The notes beneath the pieces are model-generated. The model did no database searches. It was given only the letters and a program-made list of their open reading frames with translations, and was not told the origin of the DNA. Shown here piece by piece: positions 60,653 through 64,000 of a DNA stretch of 64,000 nt; positions within the stretch are counted from its first letter, which is position 1; every line of letters starts with the position of its first letter. Source of the DNA: Tubiluchus corallicola (taxonomy: Eukaryota > Animalia > Priapulida); NCBI GenBank assembly GCA_030141605.1, contig JAQGDQ010000076.1, positions 434,001 through 498,000 on the forward strand. The letters run 5' to 3'. Made by a program: the position numbers and the translations under genes.

Positions 60653-60655
60653 TAA
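59020..60655 (+). mobile_element. Decayed LINE (I/R1/LOA-group-like) with C-terminal zinc-knuckle region and (TAA)n tail
   Basis: Fragments KPFWSQHLSNL..RKNY, KILGVT(I)D..LT, LFKALVSPIILYGA, LELICGLLPLEI, FLTGQGNFNDFL..NMCQC..PHLLLFNC. The stop at 60548 is followed by a perfect (TAA)n at 60588-60651. Multiple stops and frameshifts. Confidence 0.85.
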
Positions 60656-61759
60656 TGCTAGCGTAGCTATTGTAAGTTGTTAAATATGAAATGTAAATGC
60701 TGTTAACTGTTATAGCCCTGCAAATAGAGGGCGCATGCATATATGTATGTATTTATATGCTCAAAATAAAAAATTATAATAATAATTACACATTTTCAAT
60801 TGACGAACAATCTAGAATCGATTTTTGTATTTTGTTTCGTTTCGTTTCTTTTTATTTTATTTTTTTTATCGAACATTACACAAAATATGCGTTTGCCGCC
60901 GTAATTAAAGGACGCTTAATACAAAAAGTAAAATACGCCAAGTAGGAGATGTTTATTAAATTCAGTAACTGACAATTAAATTTTAATGAAGCGCAGTTTT
61001 TGTACATTTTTAACTATAGTTCTCAGCAACGCATACTTTTGTTAAACATAATACACCCTTAGTTTAACGACTCGAACTCACAGATCATTATACCAAGTTA
61101 CTGACTTGCACTGATTTTATACTCGAGTTAATCCTGGCAATTTCGAAATTTTGCGATCGTTGAACAATTTAGCAGTGGTAATTTTTCCTTCTAACTGTCT
61201 CCTTTTGACCTTCTAACTTCCAATCTCCATTCATGTCTTGTTGCTGACAACATTTCAATTTTCTATTAATTTTCGGCGATTTAATTAAGACAAGCTGTCT
61301 TAGGTGTTTCAGAGAGAAAATATTTTTTAAACCGGATCTTATATTTATGTACACATCAACAAGTTGATGTAAAAACATTTATTTTTTGAATAAACGCTCC
61401 CAAGGGCACAGTTCAAAGGAGAACAAACGTGTAAAGGAATATCTTGTCTTTTCATTTATCGTGCGTTTTTGCTCTGTTAACGTACCCGTTATATGCCCTG
61501 GTCATGCTCTGTTTAAAACAAAGCATAGAAACTTACAGTTTGAAGTTGCGACTGTGTTACATTCTGTTTCCTTGGTAACAAGATTTCGAAGAAATCGGCT
61601 AATTTATAATTTAGCTAAGCATCAAGCTTTGCAAAGTATCAGTTTCTGAAGACGCATTCTTTCAAAGGGAAATTTAATCTAGCTTTTGAGATTAGAGAGC
61701 AGGTTCTTATGCTCATAGTCCATGTAGCATTACGCAAGCGTAAATGTAAGTATCTCAGA

Positions 61760-62200
61760 CGTAACTTCTATGCACATTTTTCAGTAGCTGCACACCATGA
61801 TAAAAAGTACAATTAATTGTACAACACAGCAAAGTATGGTACCGTACAACACATAAGAGCAGCATAGAAACATAACAGCACATCATAGCGTGGAAACATC
61901 TTACGATGGCATAGATAGGCGACATAGTTAGAGCATAATTGACACAGCTCGTATTGAAAAAGCAGACAGAACACGACATAGGCCTGGACTATAGTGCAAA
62001 TCGAGTAAGAGTACAGAACAACACAACATAGGAGAAGACGGAAATTCACAACACATGTAAGGAAAAAACTGCACAGTTAACGCGTGGTCAAGACCACGAG
62101 ACAATGCACCACAGTATAATGCAGCATTCCTCTGCACAGTACAGGAGAGGACACTAGGACAATACAAAAAGTAAAACTTTATTATAACGCATCGCAACAT
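61760..62200. repeat. Highly degenerate pentamer-type (ACAGC/ACAAC-like) low-complexity tract
   Basis: Residual 5-nt periodicity. It explains the C/V/L-rich minus-strand ORFs. Confidence 0.45.
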
Positions 62201-64000
62201 TTGATAGCAATAAATTTAAAAAAAGGCTTTCTTTTGTCTAACTACACATGTATTCTAATCACGATACAGTTTAAATTTGTTTAATACTAACTCATAGACT
62301 GCGCACAGCCTGCCAACTGCAACACATTGACAGCAACGAGTAACCAACCTTTGGGATTTACATCAGGTACACAGCTCGTCAGCTTTTAATGATAATTAGA
62401 AAATATTATAAAACACAAGTTTTTAAACGTTTAACAATCGTCGCATTTGGTGTCTCTCCTCTTTCGTCCCGTTGTTTTAGCAATCTTTCCAATACATTTC
62501 TTGCAATTCATTCTATAGGTTAGCTCAAGACTATCAATCCGGCGGCTCACGTGTTTATTTAGTTACGTATATCCGGATGCAAGTTGAGGGTGCGAGCTGA
62601 ATTATTTTGAAATTAAAGTCCGCTTAATCAATTACGTTAGCGGTATATGTACATACATATGAGCTGTGCATTTAGCTAATTAGCTAAATAAACTAGGTTT
62701 TTGTCTGGTTAAGTTTAAAGTTTACAGCGCCACTTCGTCTAGTGCTACATAGTTACATCAACAAACCTTGCACGTACACTAATCGCTAAACAATGATCAT
62801 TGATGCTGCGGTTCCACTAGAAATGTGACAGCCATTGTCAGGCGGGGTCATTTGTCATAACCCCTGCGCCCCCGCGTGCCAGGACCTTGATCTGTTAGGG
62901 TCGTATCCTTGCTGCTGACTTTTCCTTGACTAAATGGAAAGAAAATGTATAAACAATTTGAGTATATAAGACAAATTATGAATGAACGTAGCTACTACGA
63001 AGAATTTGCGCATCGTGAAAGGTCAGAAAGCAAAAATTAACATAATTGTTACTGGCATATATAGACTAAACGATATCTTCAGTGTTACTAAAAGTTGAAC
63101 GAAAAATCGAAAGAAGTTAACGACATTTCTGCTCAAACTAACGTATCCCGAAAAAACGTTAAAAGCTTAGTGGAATTTGAAAAATCTTACTGATTTCTGC
63201 AAAAATTGTGTTCTTCATTTCAGGTAAGGCACTTTACATTCATTAATTAAACATAATTGTTTTAATTAAAATTAAGAATTTAATAGCAAAGCTTTTGATT
63301 GTGTTGTGTCACTCATAACTGACGTTTAGTATAACACTTTTTGTTTCAGAAAGTGTGTTGCCCATGAACAATTTTCCTAATTGTAACATTCGTCCAAAAA
63401 TTGTGCTAGGGATATTGAAAGTTTACAGTTAAGATTCCAAATTAATTTTAATATATTTATGGCAAATTGTGGTGAGACAGGGGCTGTTTGTTAACTGCCG
63501 GACACCAGCTCCGGCATTTAACCTTCTTCTTTTTTGACTGGCTGGTGGTCATTTCGAATCGAGCGGATAGTCAAATTTGTGAATATATTTGTAAAAACTG
63601 CACGACAAGTTCTATTCCAAAAAGTGAAAGGAAATGAATTTAATGACGGACGTCTTATAATATCTCACCTAAATTTAAATACGCACAGCCGGATAAATGT
63701 TTAAACTTCAATTAACTGTGCACATTCGTATACACTTAACCTTTAAATACCCGTGTAACTTTGGTAAAATAACACGTTCAGATAACAATGGTTTACTATA
63801 TTGTCAATTTAGTTGTTTCTAAACTACTCATGTCAAATTATTTTTAGGTTGACAACAACAGCGCTATCTACATAGCGTCGCTAGGGAGAACTAAACACCA
63901 AAGAAGATGAAATTTGTGATACTATCGGTAATGCCTTTTCTTTACTAAATAACATGAATAATATGATTAGCGTAATTTTCCTAGTACATGTAATGTGATG

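Overview
AT-rich, intron-rich eukaryotic (invertebrate animal) genomic DNA, not prokaryotic. There are no operons, CRISPR arrays or rRNA, and most ORF-track entries are spurious. I could build four protein-coding loci by hand. (1) The last exon of enolase-phosphatase E1 (ENOPH1, +, 1091-1311). (2) An intronless type-I membrane cadherin-like gene (+, 2599-4815). (3) A complete minus-strand gene for a ~523-aa zona pellucida (ZP)-domain, cuticlin-like protein (CDS 22355->9565, ten coding exons plus an inferred 5'UTR exon behind a TATA box). It has a signal peptide, all 10 ZP cysteines, Gly/His-rich inserts, an RRKR furin site, a TM anchor and one GC-AG intron. (4) A minus-strand orphan acidic/disordered protein starting MGNLFCC (CDS 38406->31324). 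The most notable observation is a diverged tandem copy of the ZP gene's last exon and 3'UTR (6368-6507). It keeps the acceptor, phase, reading frame, stop codon and AATAAA, but its transmembrane segment is broken by acidic residues, so it is a candidate alternative terminal exon. The rest of the window holds a recent ~2.27-kb tandem duplication, MITE-like and foldback elements, two decayed LINEs, a tRNA-derived fragment and microsatellites. I found no recognisable host gene in 43.5-64 kb.
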